A DNA stretch of 64,000 nucleotides from Myxococcota bacterium (GCA_039194325.1 JBCCWC010000010.1:1-64000), one strand, 5' to 3'; positions 51,297 through 60,800 are shown, counted from the stretch's first letter. Notes: generated from the letters alone by a model not told the origin. Numbers and translations: made by a program.

Positions 51297-52523
51297 ATGG
51301 GCAATCCAAGTCGAGCCGGCGCTACGATCGAGGTGATCGAGGGCCCCGGCGTTCACATCGAAATCGAGGCCGTCGATCAGCTTCGTCGAGTCGCGAGCCT
51401 TGAAGGGTGTGTGCGGGCGGTCGGAATGCCCGACCTGCATCCGGGGCCGGGCATCCCGATCGGGATGGCCACCGCCTCGACCTCGCACGTGCACCCGATC
51501 CTGGTCGGGTCTGATGCAGGCTGCGGGGTCACGGCCGTAGTCGCGCGCAAGACGATCGCGTCGGGCAAGTGGCTACGCCGGATCGAGCGGGCCACCACCG
51601 ATCCACCGCCATTGCCGGTCGATCCCCTCGAGGCACTGGAGGCCGTGTGGCACCACGGACCCCGGGGGCTAGCCACACTCGACGGGCTCCCCGAGGAGCT
51701 CCAGCAGTGGGTCACGACCGTTCCTTGGGGCGAGCCCCTCGGGGCGAGCGGTCCCCTGCCCGAGGCGCTTGCCGAGGCTCGCTTCGGCGAGGCGCTCGGC
51801 ACCACCGGGGGAGGCAACCACTTCGTGGAGCTGGCCCGGGTCGAGCGTGTCTTCGAGGACGACGCGCTCGCGGGGCTGCGTCGTGGATCGATGGTGGTCC
51901 TGGCGCACTCGGGCTCGCGGGGCCTGGGCTATGCGCTGATCCAGCGGTGGAAGGACCGGGCGCTGCACGATCCGGAGGAGATCACCAGGTACCTGGGTGA
52001 GCTGGCCGGCTGTTGCCGCTTTGCTCAGGCCAACCGGGCGCTCTTGGTGTGGCGCATGCTCGAGGCGGTGGGAGCGGGGCGCTGCGATCGTCTCGGAGAC
52101 AGCCTGGATCTGGTCCACAACGACGTGCGTCCCGGAGAGTCGCCCGAGGATCCCTGGGTCCATCGCAAGGGGGCGGCCCCCGCTCGGGCCGGCGAGCTGA
52201 CGATCACTTTGGGCAGTCGAGGCAACCCCAGCTGGATCCTGCGCGGGCAGGGCAACCGCGCGCACCTGTGCTCGGTCGCCCACGGGGCGGGGCGAAAGAT
52301 CCCCCGATCCGAGGCCAAGTCTCGCCTCTTCCATCGCTACCGTCGCGCGGAGCTTCGTCGCACGCCACACGGAGGCCGGGTGCTGTGTGATCGGCCCGAG
52401 CTTTTGTGGGAGGAGCACCCGGATGTCTACAAGCCGATCGAGCCGGTCGTGGTCGCGCTCGAGGATGCCGAGGTCGCCACTCGGGTGGCCTCGCTGATGC
52501 CCGTGGTCACGGTGAAACGATGA
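51297..52523 (+). CDS. rtcB: RtcB family RNA ligase (RtcB2/PrfH-associated type)
   Basis: MGN start, PDLHPG, VGSDAGCG, GTTGGGNHFVE, HSGSRG, HN, HRKGA, HGAGR and EEHPDVYK. Confidence 0.93.
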   Translation: MGNPSRAGATIEVIEGPGVHIEIEAVDQLRRVASLEGCVRAVGMPDLHPGPGIPIGMATASTSHVHPILVGSDAGCGVTAVVARKTIASGKWLRRIERATTDPPPLPVDPLEALEAVWHHGPRGLATLDGLPEELQQWVTTVPWGEPLGASGPLPEALAEARFGEALGTTGGGNHFVELARVERVFEDDALAGLRRGSMVVLAHSGSRGLGYALIQRWKDRALHDPEEITRYLGELAGCCRFAQANRALLVWRMLEAVGAGRCDRLGDSLDLVHNDVRPGESPEDPWVHRKGAAPARAGELTITLGSRGNPSWILRGQGNRAHLCSVAHGAGRKIPRSEAKSRLFHRYRRAELRRTPHGGRVLCDRPELLWEEHPDVYKPIEPVVVALEDAEVATRVASLMPVVTVKR

Positions 52524-53191
52524 ATATTTCACGAAGCCCGTCCCGGGTCCCGTCCCAGGTCCTTCGGATCGGCTCGGGCCGAGGCCCCCGCGAAGCTCGC
52601 CACTTCGTGGGCATGCTGGCCAACGCCCTGCCCGTGCACCTGAGTACCGCCGGAGTGGTGGTGCACGAGGTCGTGCGCCATGGTGATCACCAGGCGCCCG
52701 GTCGGGTCGCGCTGCGGGTCGATGGATCGGCGCACGAGCAGGTGTCCGGCCTGCTGGGCACTCACCTCCTGCTCGCCGATCTGCGGGGTCGTCGTTCGCG
52801 GCGGCGATGGTTTGCCCTCGTCGAGCTCGACGAGGTCGCGCCGACGTCTACGATCGCATTGCCGCGCCACGAGCTCGACATTCGGTTCGTACGCTCGGGC
52901 GGTCCCGGCGGACAAAACGTCAACAAGCGCTCGACGGCGGTGCGGATCGTCCATCATCCTACCGGGCTGAGCACGCGCTGCGACGAGCATCGTAGCCAGG
53001 CGCGCAACCGGGCCGATGCGCTTGCGGCCCTCACCCGGATGGTGGCTCGGCACCGGGTCGAGGAGCGCTGGGCTCGATGCAAGGTCAAGGGTTGGCAAGA
53101 GCGCCGAGGGATCACCGCCCACTGCCCCGTCATGTGTTGGCGGCTACACCCCACCGAGCAGGACACGATCGTGCCGGTGGCGGATCGATAA
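52520..53191 (+). CDS. prfH: Peptide chain release factor H-like protein
   Basis: ATGA overlap with the rtcB stop; SGRGP.E, RRRWF, RSGGPGGQNVNK (GGQ) and RSQARNR. Lacks RF domain 1. Confidence 0.87.
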   Translation: MNISRSPSRVPSQVLRIGSGRGPREARHFVGMLANALPVHLSTAGVVVHEVVRHGDHQAPGRVALRVDGSAHEQVSGLLGTHLLLADLRGRRSRRRWFALVELDEVAPTSTIALPRHELDIRFVRSGGPGGQNVNKRSTAVRIVHHPTGLSTRCDEHRSQARNRADALAALTRMVARHRVEERWARCKVKGWQERRGITAHCPVMCWRLHPTEQDTIVPVADR

Positions 53192-53208
53192 CCCATAGGA
53201 CCAACGCG

Positions 53209-53667
53209 ATGAGAGCGGACATGAGTAAGGTGTTGTGCGAGCGTCCTCGGGTGGGGGCTCGCTTCAAGCGGCGCAGTCGCTGGCGTGGTCCGCTGGAGGA
53301 GGCGCCGCGCTTCGAGTCGACCAGCCGCCACCGAGGAGGGAACAAGATGCTGGGCGAGCACTTAGGGCCGCTGCGGCGCTGGCTGCTGTCTCAGACCGGA
53401 CGGCCCTGGGATGCGGTGTACTCCGAGCTTCGGGCGGGGATCAGCACTCGCAATGCAGTCCAGCTCCATATCTGGCAGCATGCCGAGCACTATGTGGCTC
53501 GCCACGTGGAGATCGTGCAGGGCAAGCTCTACCACCTTCCGGGCCATGGTCGGTTTTGGTTGGATCGGACCGTCTACTCCCGGTACTGCCCCGTCTATGT
53601 CTGTCCCAAGACCGGCATCTTGCGTCGCACGCCGGTGACCCCGCGCAAGAAGAAGAAGAAGCAGTAG
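53209..53667 (+). CDS. Uncharacterised highly basic protein, third gene of the rtcB-prfH run
   Basis: AGGA RBS, starts 17 nt after the prfH stop; motifs DMSKVLCERPR, LGPLRRWL.SQTGRPWDAVYSEL and YVCPKTGILR; poly-Lys tail. Confidence 0.78.
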   Translation: MRADMSKVLCERPRVGARFKRRSRWRGPLEEAPRFESTSRHRGGNKMLGEHLGPLRRWLLSQTGRPWDAVYSELRAGISTRNAVQLHIWQHAEHYVARHVEIVQGKLYHLPGHGRFWLDRTVYSRYCPVYVCPKTGILRRTPVTPRKKKKKQ

Positions 53668-53772
53668 CGGTCGCGTGGAACCGTCCCGCTTCGAACCTCG
53701 ATGAGGTGTGAGCGTGAGAGCGTCGTGCGCTGCGCGGGAAACACGCTGAGCCGGACGTGCTAAACAGCGTCC

Positions 53773-53988
53773 ATGGCGTCCTCGAGCCGGGAGATCGGCC
53801 TCAAACTGCATGCTTCGGGCCAGCTCGATCGCTTTGAAAAAGCGGTCGAGAGCGACGATTCCATGGAAGTCGTAACGATCCTCCAGACGATCGGTGTGGG
53901 GGAGGAGATCATCAGCCGAATGCTCCTTCAGCTCGACAAGGACTACCTGCTCGAGCTGATCGACGCGGGGCGTCGCGCGGCGGAGTGA
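53773..53988 (+). CDS. Small acidic hypothetical protein
   Basis: 71-aa helical-looking ORF with GC3 bias that fills the gap before the P450. Confidence 0.5.
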   Translation: MASSSREIGLKLHASGQLDRFEKAVESDDSMEVVTILQTIGVGEEIISRMLLQLDKDYLLELIDAGRRAAE

Positions 53989-54000
53989 GCGGGCGCGGCG

Positions 54001-55230
54001 TCAGTTCACCGAGACGGGGAACACCTGCAAGCCGCGCAGCATGGACGATTCCATGTGCCACGGCGGCGGCTCGTTGGCAAAGCGCAGCCGAGGGAACCGC
54101 TCGAGCAGGCGGGGAAACGCGATGCTGCCCTCGAGCCGGGTCAGGTGCGCGCCAATGCAGAAGTGTCGGCCCACACCGAACGCCACGTGGCGGTTCGGAT
54201 CCCGGGTTACGTCGAAGGTGTTGGGCTCGCGGAATACGGTTTCGTCGCGGTTGGCCGCGGCCAACATGGGGATCAGCGACGTGCCTCGCGGCAGTCGGAC
54301 CCCGCACACTTCGGTCTCTTCGGCCAAGTAGCGGGCCCCCGCCATATGGGCGGGGCTGTAGTAGCGAAGGATCTCCTCGATGGCGGTGGGGATGAGCGAG
54401 GGATCTTCGCGCAGACGCTCGAGTTGCTCGGGGTGTTCGAGCAGGGCGTAGGCCCCGTTGCCGACCAGGTTCACCGTGGTCTCGTGACCCGCGAAGAGCA
54501 GCAGGAAGACCATGCCCATCAGCTCTTCGGTGGAGAGACGATCACCCTCTTGTTCGGCGGCGATGAGGGCGCTGGTGAGATCGTCGCCCGGATCGGCGCG
54601 CTTGCGCTGCAGGAGCGCGTCGAAGAAGCGATAGAGGTTGCGGTACATCGGCAGGCGGATGATGAACGTCCAGGCGCTCTTGACGTTTAGGGCCCCTTGG
54701 GCAATGTGGTGGAAGTACTCTTCTTCTGCTTTGCGCACGCCCAGCAGCTCTGAAATGATGCGCAGGGGCAAGGGGAGCGCAAGGCCGCTCATCAGGTCGA
54801 AGGTGCCCTTTCGCTCGGCCTCATCGAGCAGGTCGTCGACGGTCTTCTCGATCCGCCGGTGGAGCTCGTTGACCCGTGCCGGGGTGAACGCCTTGGTGAC
54901 CAAGCTCCGGAGGCGACGATGGTCGATGTCGTCGACGAACACCAGCGACCGAGCAAACGCCCGCAGTAGCTTGGGCGCCAGGCGCCCTTCGAAGGGGCCA
55001 GGTCGGCCCGTCGACGTGCGCGGGTTGCTACGGAATCGCTCGGCGTCCTTGAGGATCGCGGCTACGTCTTCATAGCGCGTGACGGCCCAGGCCTTGCCGA
55101 TGAAGGGGTGCTTGCACCGCAACAGCGGCGCTGCGCCCCGGAGCTTCGCGTAGTGCGGATAGGGGTCGCTTCGCACCGCGGGAGCGGTCAAGTGCAGGTT
55201 GATTCCGGTTTCTTGGTCCTGGATCCGCAT
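54001..55230 (-). CDS. Cytochrome P450
   Basis: AGHETT I-helix, EEILRY (ExxR), and heme motif FGVGRHFCIG. Confidence 0.95.
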   Translation of the reverse strand: MRIQDQETGINLHLTAPAVRSDPYPHYAKLRGAAPLLRCKHPFIGKAWAVTRYEDVAAILKDAERFRSNPRTSTGRPGPFEGRLAPKLLRAFARSLVFVDDIDHRRLRSLVTKAFTPARVNELHRRIEKTVDDLLDEAERKGTFDLMSGLALPLPLRIISELLGVRKAEEEYFHHIAQGALNVKSAWTFIIRLPMYRNLYRFFDALLQRKRADPGDDLTSALIAAEQEGDRLSTEELMGMVFLLLFAGHETTVNLVGNGAYALLEHPEQLERLREDPSLIPTAIEEILRYYSPAHMAGARYLAEETEVCGVRLPRGTSLIPMLAAANRDETVFREPNTFDVTRDPNRHVAFGVGRHFCIGAHLTRLEGSIAFPRLLERFPRLRFANEPPPWHMESSMLRGLQVFPVSVN

Positions 55231-55738
55231 GGTCGATGTGGCCGCTAGCATTCTATCCAGAAGCGGTCACGGTTAGGGCATCGTCGATACCAGACGAGCG
55301 AGGATCGAGCGCGGTCGGAACGGGAGGTCGAAACGGGAGGTCGAAGCAAAGAGCGCATAGAGATCGAGTGACTCGAAGCGGCGACGCTCGAATTTACTCT
55401 TCTTGCTGCGCAAAAACTGCGCGAAATCGACCGAGCACCGTTGGATCGGTTCGGCGCGACGTCGAGGCGTGGGAGCGCAGCGGTGCGGCATTGGTCGGCC
55501 TATCGCTCTGCCTGCGCAGCGCAGCGCAGCTCTTCGCCGTCTCGGCCTTCGAGCTTATCTCGGAGCTCGTCCCTCGGCTCGAAGGGACAACGGCACTACA
55601 GCGCCTCGGCACTGGTTGCGGAACGAGAGCGTTCGCCCGGGGGGCATCGGTCGAGCACCAGGTTTGTGCGTGCATGAACCTTGAGTAGGTCCCTATGACT
55701 GCAGAACTCCCGATTTCGGTGTATTTCTGGATCAGCCG

Positions 55739-57652
55739 ATGCCACGTCTGACCCACACGCAGCTCCTCGATGTGCTGCCCAAAGCACGCCTCGTCTCTCT
55801 CGCGGAGCAGTTCGGAGTTCAGCACAGCCCGCGAACGCGCAAGGAGGAAATCATCGCTAGCCTCGTGCGGTCGAGAAGGGCAGACTTGGGCAAGATCCTG
55901 CGACACCTCCGGCGTGCGGAACTGGAGCGAATTTGCGCGGCGCATGGCCTAGATGGCGGTGGTTCACGAAAAGCCGATCTCCTACGCAACGTTCTCGCTG
56001 CGTGGTCGATAGAGCCTAAGGAAGTCGAGTCCGACACTCCGCGTGACACCATGACTACCAAGCTCCTCGATGCAATCGCCATCCGTTCGGACGCACTTCG
56101 CGAGGCCACGAGCGACAAAGACCGAAAGCGGTGGGGACAGTACTTCACGAGCGCGCCAGTTGCTCGATTCATGGCGGAACAGCTCACCGTCGAGCGGACA
56201 GGACAGACCGTGCGGGTGCTCGACCCTGGGTCAGGTACAGGTATCCTCGGGATCGCGGTCGCTCAAAGTCTGCTCGCCAACGGGGCCGGGCGCATCGAGT
56301 TAGTATCCGTGGAACGCGAACCCAGAGCGCTCGAGGAGCTTCACGAGGTGCTCGCCAAGGCCCGCGCCGAGCTAGGGCCGCGATTTAACTACCAGGTCGA
56401 ACAGCGCGACGTTCTCTCGCTCGCGGACCTGGAGTTGGGCGCCACTGCGCTCGCGCCCTTCGATTGTGTGATCTCGAACCCACCCTACTTCAAGATGCCA
56501 CCCTCGGAGGTCCGGGGTGGAAGCTCGCCCAACATCTACACTCGGTTCATGGAGGTCTCGTCGCGGCTTCTTAAGCACTCGGGTACGCTTTGTTTCATCA
56601 TCCCTCGTAGCTTTGCGTCGGGTCTCTACTTCCGGAAGTTTCGTAAGAGCTTTCATGCGCGAATGGCGCTGATGCGTGCACACGTCTTTGCTTCCCGCAA
56701 GGATGCCTTCAAGGATGACGGCGTGCTTCAGGAGAACATCATCGTCCTGTACCGGCGTGAGACGCCGGGCGACGACGCCGTGACGATCAGTTCTTCGGCG
56801 GGTGCGGGAGATCTTCGTGACGCTACGTCGATTCAGGTACCGCGGAGTCGCATCATCGATCGGACGGACAAGAATGCAGTCATGTTCCTTCCGGAGTCGG
56901 CTGAAGATCTGTCGCTGATGGCGTTCCTTCGGGGCTGGACTCACCGTCTTCGTGACTACGGACTCGAGATTTCAACGGGTCCCGTAGTTCCGTTTCGTGC
57001 GACAGAGGTGCTCTGTCACGAACCCAACGGTGTACCAACGGTGCCCCTGTTGTGGATGCAGCACGTTCGGCTCGATGGTGTGGAGTGGCCCTCGCCCAAC
57101 GGGTTCCGAAAGCCGCAGCACATCCGGGCCGATGCCTCCCCAAAGCTGCTCGTTCCGAACCAGACCTACGTCCTGCTCCGTAGATTCTCGGCCAAGGAGG
57201 AGGCTCGTCGCCTCACGGCCGCAGTGCTCAAGGATAACCAGATCCCAGGTGATACCGTGGGGTTGGAGAATCATTTGAACTTCATTCACCGGCCCGCCGG
57301 TAAACTCGAGACGGACGAAGCGCACGGCGTGGCTGCCCTGCTAAACTCGCAGTTACTGGATCGTTACTTCCGGATCTCGAATGGCAACACTCAGGTCAAC
57401 GCTACGGAGGTTCGAGCGCTACCTCTTCCTCCGTTACCCTTGATCAAGGAGATCGGGGCAAAGGTTGCCAAGGAAGGGGTCGAACGGGCGAACGAACTCG
57501 TAGAGGAGATCGTCGGTGTCCAAGGCTCGCGACGCGCAAGAAATACCGAACCTCTTGTTCAGGGCCTTACCGACCCGATCCGGAAGGTGCGGCAAGAGAG
57601 GCGAGGAGTCGTGAACCACGCATGCCCCCTGTCGGGTGTGGCCGGGTGGTGA
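55739..57652 (+). CDS. N6-adenine DNA methyltransferase, BsuBI/PstI (Eco57I-like) type, with N-terminal extension
   Basis: GQYFT, VLDPGSGTG, ISNPPY, IIPRSF.SG.YF, ISTGPVV.FR, RRFSAKEE.RR, ENHLN and NGNTQVNA. Codon usage is less GC-skewed than neighbouring genes. Confidence 0.9.
   Translation: MPRLTHTQLLDVLPKARLVSLAEQFGVQHSPRTRKEEIIASLVRSRRADLGKILRHLRRAELERICAAHGLDGGGSRKADLLRNVLAAWSIEPKEVESDTPRDTMTTKLLDAIAIRSDALREATSDKDRKRWGQYFTSAPVARFMAEQLTVERTGQTVRVLDPGSGTGILGIAVAQSLLANGAGRIELVSVEREPRALEELHEVLAKARAELGPRFNYQVEQRDVLSLADLELGATALAPFDCVISNPPYFKMPPSEVRGGSSPNIYTRFMEVSSRLLKHSGTLCFIIPRSFASGLYFRKFRKSFHARMALMRAHVFASRKDAFKDDGVLQENIIVLYRRETPGDDAVTISSSAGAGDLRDATSIQVPRSRIIDRTDKNAVMFLPESAEDLSLMAFLRGWTHRLRDYGLEISTGPVVPFRATEVLCHEPNGVPTVPLLWMQHVRLDGVEWPSPNGFRKPQHIRADASPKLLVPNQTYVLLRRFSAKEEARRLTAAVLKDNQIPGDTVGLENHLNFIHRPAGKLETDEAHGVAALLNSQLLDRYFRISNGNTQVNATEVRALPLPPLPLIKEIGAKVAKEGVERANELVEEIVGVQGSRRARNTEPLVQGLTDPIRKVRQERRGVVNHACPLSGVAGW
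57516..57614 (+). pseudogene. Possible 5' stump of a BsuBI/PstI-family restriction endonuclease
   Basis: GAGGAG RBS at 57503-57508 followed by GTG gives MSKARDAQEI..., which stops after 32 codons. Confidence 0.4.
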
Positions 57653-57712
57653 TCGAAGCCCAGCGCTTCGCGGCCGGCGTGCCGCGAGAGCGCTGAGATC
57701 CGGGTGCTATAG

Positions 57713-57799
57713 CGGAGGAGGAGGGATTCGAACCCCCGGTGACGTTGCCGCCACAACGGATTTCAAGTCCGCCGCCTTCGACCGCTCGGCCACTCCTCC
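57713..57799 (-). tRNA. tRNA-Ser (anticodon TGA)
   Basis: GGAGGAG/CTCCTCC acceptor stem, TGGCCGAGCGGTCGAAGGC D-arm, GCGGA-CTTGAAA-TCCGT anticodon arm, long variable arm, GGTTCGAATCC T-loop, discriminator G. CCA is not encoded (CTA follows). Confidence 0.97.
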
Positions 57800-57877
57800 G
57801 GCGTTTGGGAGTATCGGCCATTCTCGCCCCGGAGCAAAGCCCGGCCCGCACCCGCGGAAAATGGCCGCGCCGCCGCC

Positions 57878-60800
57878 CTATAGCCCCCCGAGCAGTCGCT
57901 CGGCCTCGCTGCGGCTGGTGTGCTCGGGCGGCGCCACCTCGAGGAATTTCTTCAGCGATTTGTTCGCGGCGGCCTTCTTGCCCGCTTTGACCTGGGCCCG
58001 CCCGAGGTTCATCAGGGCGTCGGCGTACCAGTAATCGTCCTTGGTTCCGAGCTCGACGGCCTTGTTCAGGGCGGTGATCGCCTCGCCGTGCTTGTTGACA
58101 TTCTCATGGAACTCGCCCATCCGGGCCCAGGCCTCGCCGAGCTCGGGGTCGAGGGTGGTGGCCTCGCGTAGGCTAGTGATCGCGTCGGCGTTCTTGCCCT
58201 GCGCCTGCTGGGCCAAGCCCAGGTTGAGCCAGACCTCGGGGAACCACGGGGCGCCCTTGGCCGAGGGGGCGTCGATGACCCTGCGCAGCTCGGTGATCGC
58301 CTTGCCGTGCCCGCCCTTGTAGTGGAGCAAGCGGCCAAAGAGGAACCGCGCCTCGTGGAGATCGGGCGCGAGCTCGAGCGCGCCGCGGTACTCGGGGATC
58401 GCGTCGTCGTGCCGGGCGTTGAACTCGAGGATCTTGCCCCGCTGGAGCATCAGCTCGGCCTGCGGCGTGGCAGGCCGGGCCCGCTCGATCTCGGCGAGCG
58501 CCTCGCTGGCCTTGCCCTCGGAGATGAGCAGCTGGGCCAGGAGCATGTGCGCTTCCCAGTCGGAGGGACGCCGCGTGAGCGCGGTCTGCACCAGGGTTCG
58601 TGCATCCTCGGTGCGCCCCTGCTGCAGACGCAATCGGATGCCGGGCAGTAGGAGCTCGTCGTCGGTTTGATCGCCACGCAGGCGATCGCCCACGAGACGC
58701 TCGAGCGCGTCGTAGTTGCCCTCGAGCACGAAGAGCTGGCCCAGCGGGGCGGCCAGACCCGGGAAGCCGCCGGTTCGCTCGAAGACCTCCACGAGATCGG
58801 CCCGACCCTCGGCGTTCGGCCCGAGCTTCAGGCGCAAGGCACCACGCAGGACCTGGGCCTCGTTGTCGGTGGGTACGGCCTCCAGCGCGCGTGACAGCGC
58901 CTCGATCGCGGCGTTGCTCTCCCGCGCTTGATCGTGGAGCCTGGCCTTGGTCACCAGCAGCCGAGCGACGTCGGCCTGGCGACCGGCCTCCTGTGCGGCG
59001 GCGCGCGCGGTCTCGAGGACGGCGAGGGCGTCGGGCAGCCGCCTGGCGTCGGCCAAGAGGATCGCCTCGCTCATCGCGACTCGGTAGTCCAGAGGGTCGA
59101 GGGTCCGTGCCGCGGCGAAGGCGGTCTGGCCCTCGTCGATCGCGAGGCGCTTGGCGTGAACCTCACCGGTCAGGCGCATCACCCGAGCGTCCTTGGGCAT
59201 CGCCTTGGCGAGCTTGCCGAGGATCTCCAACGCAATGTCACCGTCGCCGCTCTGCACGGCCACCTCGGCTTGGAGCAGCTGGATCTCGAGGTTCTCGGCC
59301 TGCTCGCGGACGAGGATCGAGACGGCCGCGCTCGCGTCGTTGAAGCGCTTGGCGGCGAGCAATGCCCGGATACGAGCCGCATGCACCACTGGGGCCTGCG
59401 GCACGAGCTCGAGCGCGCGGTCGTAGGCGGCCAGCGCCTCGACGTAGTCGCCCTGGGCCTCGTGTACCCGAGCCTTTTGCACGTGAGTCCAGGCTTGTAC
59501 GCCCGGGTCCTCGGTTGCGGTGGGATCGAGCGCGTCGGTGGCGGTACGAGCGGTGGCCAGCTGTCCGGTCTCGATGGCGGTGGTGGCCAGCAGGGCCTGC
59601 AGGGCGGGGTGGGGGTTCTTGGCGACCGCGGCTACGAGGGTCGGCACGGCGGCGGCGGGTTCACGGGCGGCGGCGATGGCCAAGGTCAGGTGACGGGCGC
59701 TCAGCTCGTCGGGTAGTGCCTCGAGGACGGCGTCGGCGTCGGCCTTGGCCTGGTCGAGCTCACCTTGGGACAGTCGCGCCCAACCCCGATACAAGCGGGT
59801 CCGCGGATCGTCGGCCGCGAGGCTTGGCTCGGCCCCGCTGATGTTACCGGCGGCGAGCGAGGATAGGCCGATCACACGCTGGACGAATGCTTCGGTGGTG
59901 CCGGCGTGACCCTGGAGCAGGGTCGCGGCCTCGGTGGCGAGCGCGGGGTTGGGCCCATAGTGGTAGTGCAGCAGCAGCGCACCCTCGGCGGCTCCTACCG
60001 CGTCGCTCGCTGCGGTGGATGCCGCCTTGGCCTCGAGATAGGCAGCCGGGGTGTGCTTGGCCATCATGGCCAGCACCGCAGAGCTTCGCTCGACCGCCGG
60101 GCCGCTCGGGGCGGCCGCCGGCTCGGGGCTCTTGCCGGCGCTGTCGTCCTCTTTGGTCTTGGGCTTGTTCTTTCCGGGCTTCCCCCGCAGCACCGTGGGC
60201 TCGGGATCGTCCGGATCGAGGATTCCGGAATAGAGTACGCCTACTGCGGCTAGGCCCAGCACGGCGATCCCTCCCACTACGACGAGCAGCGTGCGAGAGA
60301 TAGGCGGCCGAGCCGGAGCCATGAGCTTGGCCGGGGAACGATTGGGCGCGGCCCCCAGCGTGTTTGTTCCGAGTCCGGCCCCGAGGTTCACCGCTGGGGG
60401 GACGTCGGTACCCGGTGCAGCGGATCCGGCCGCGTCGCCCGTCGCTTGCCCGGGTCCTGCCGGGGTGACGCCCAGGTTGGAGGGGGCAACGCCCAGGTCG
60501 GAAGGGGCGACGCCCAGGTCGGAAGGGGCGACGCCCAGGTCGGAAGGGGCGACGCCCAGGTCGGAAGGGGCGACGCCCAGGTCGGAAGGGGCGACGCCCA
60601 GGTTGGAGGGGGCGACGCCGATGTTCGAAGGGGCGAGATCCTGGCCTACGGGCGTGACCATCTGCTGGCCGCCAGGGGCCGGCAGGTCTTGGGGGATCGG
60701 AAGATCGAGTCCGTCGTCGAGCTGTGCCCCGGGAGGCGGAGGAAGATCGAACCCGGCGTTGGAGGACGGTCCCGATGCAGGCGTGGGTAGGTCGAGATCG

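Noticed and set aside
47199..55230. Sulfotransferase plus P450 as a biosynthetic gene cluster
   Set aside because: They are separated by unrelated genes and no core synthase is present.
55255..55350. Possible att site matching the tRNA-Ser 3' end
   Set aside because: Only a short CGGGAGGTCGAA tandem duplication is present, and it does not match the tRNA end.
55236..55688. ORF upstream of the MTase as an XRE-type R-M controller protein
   Set aside because: Only a vague WE...LFAVS..EL likeness, with no credible start, first helices or C-box.
60468..60635. Near-identical 21-bp repeats as a CRISPR array
   Set aside because: The units are contiguous with no spacers, lie in frame in a CDS, and no cas genes are nearby.
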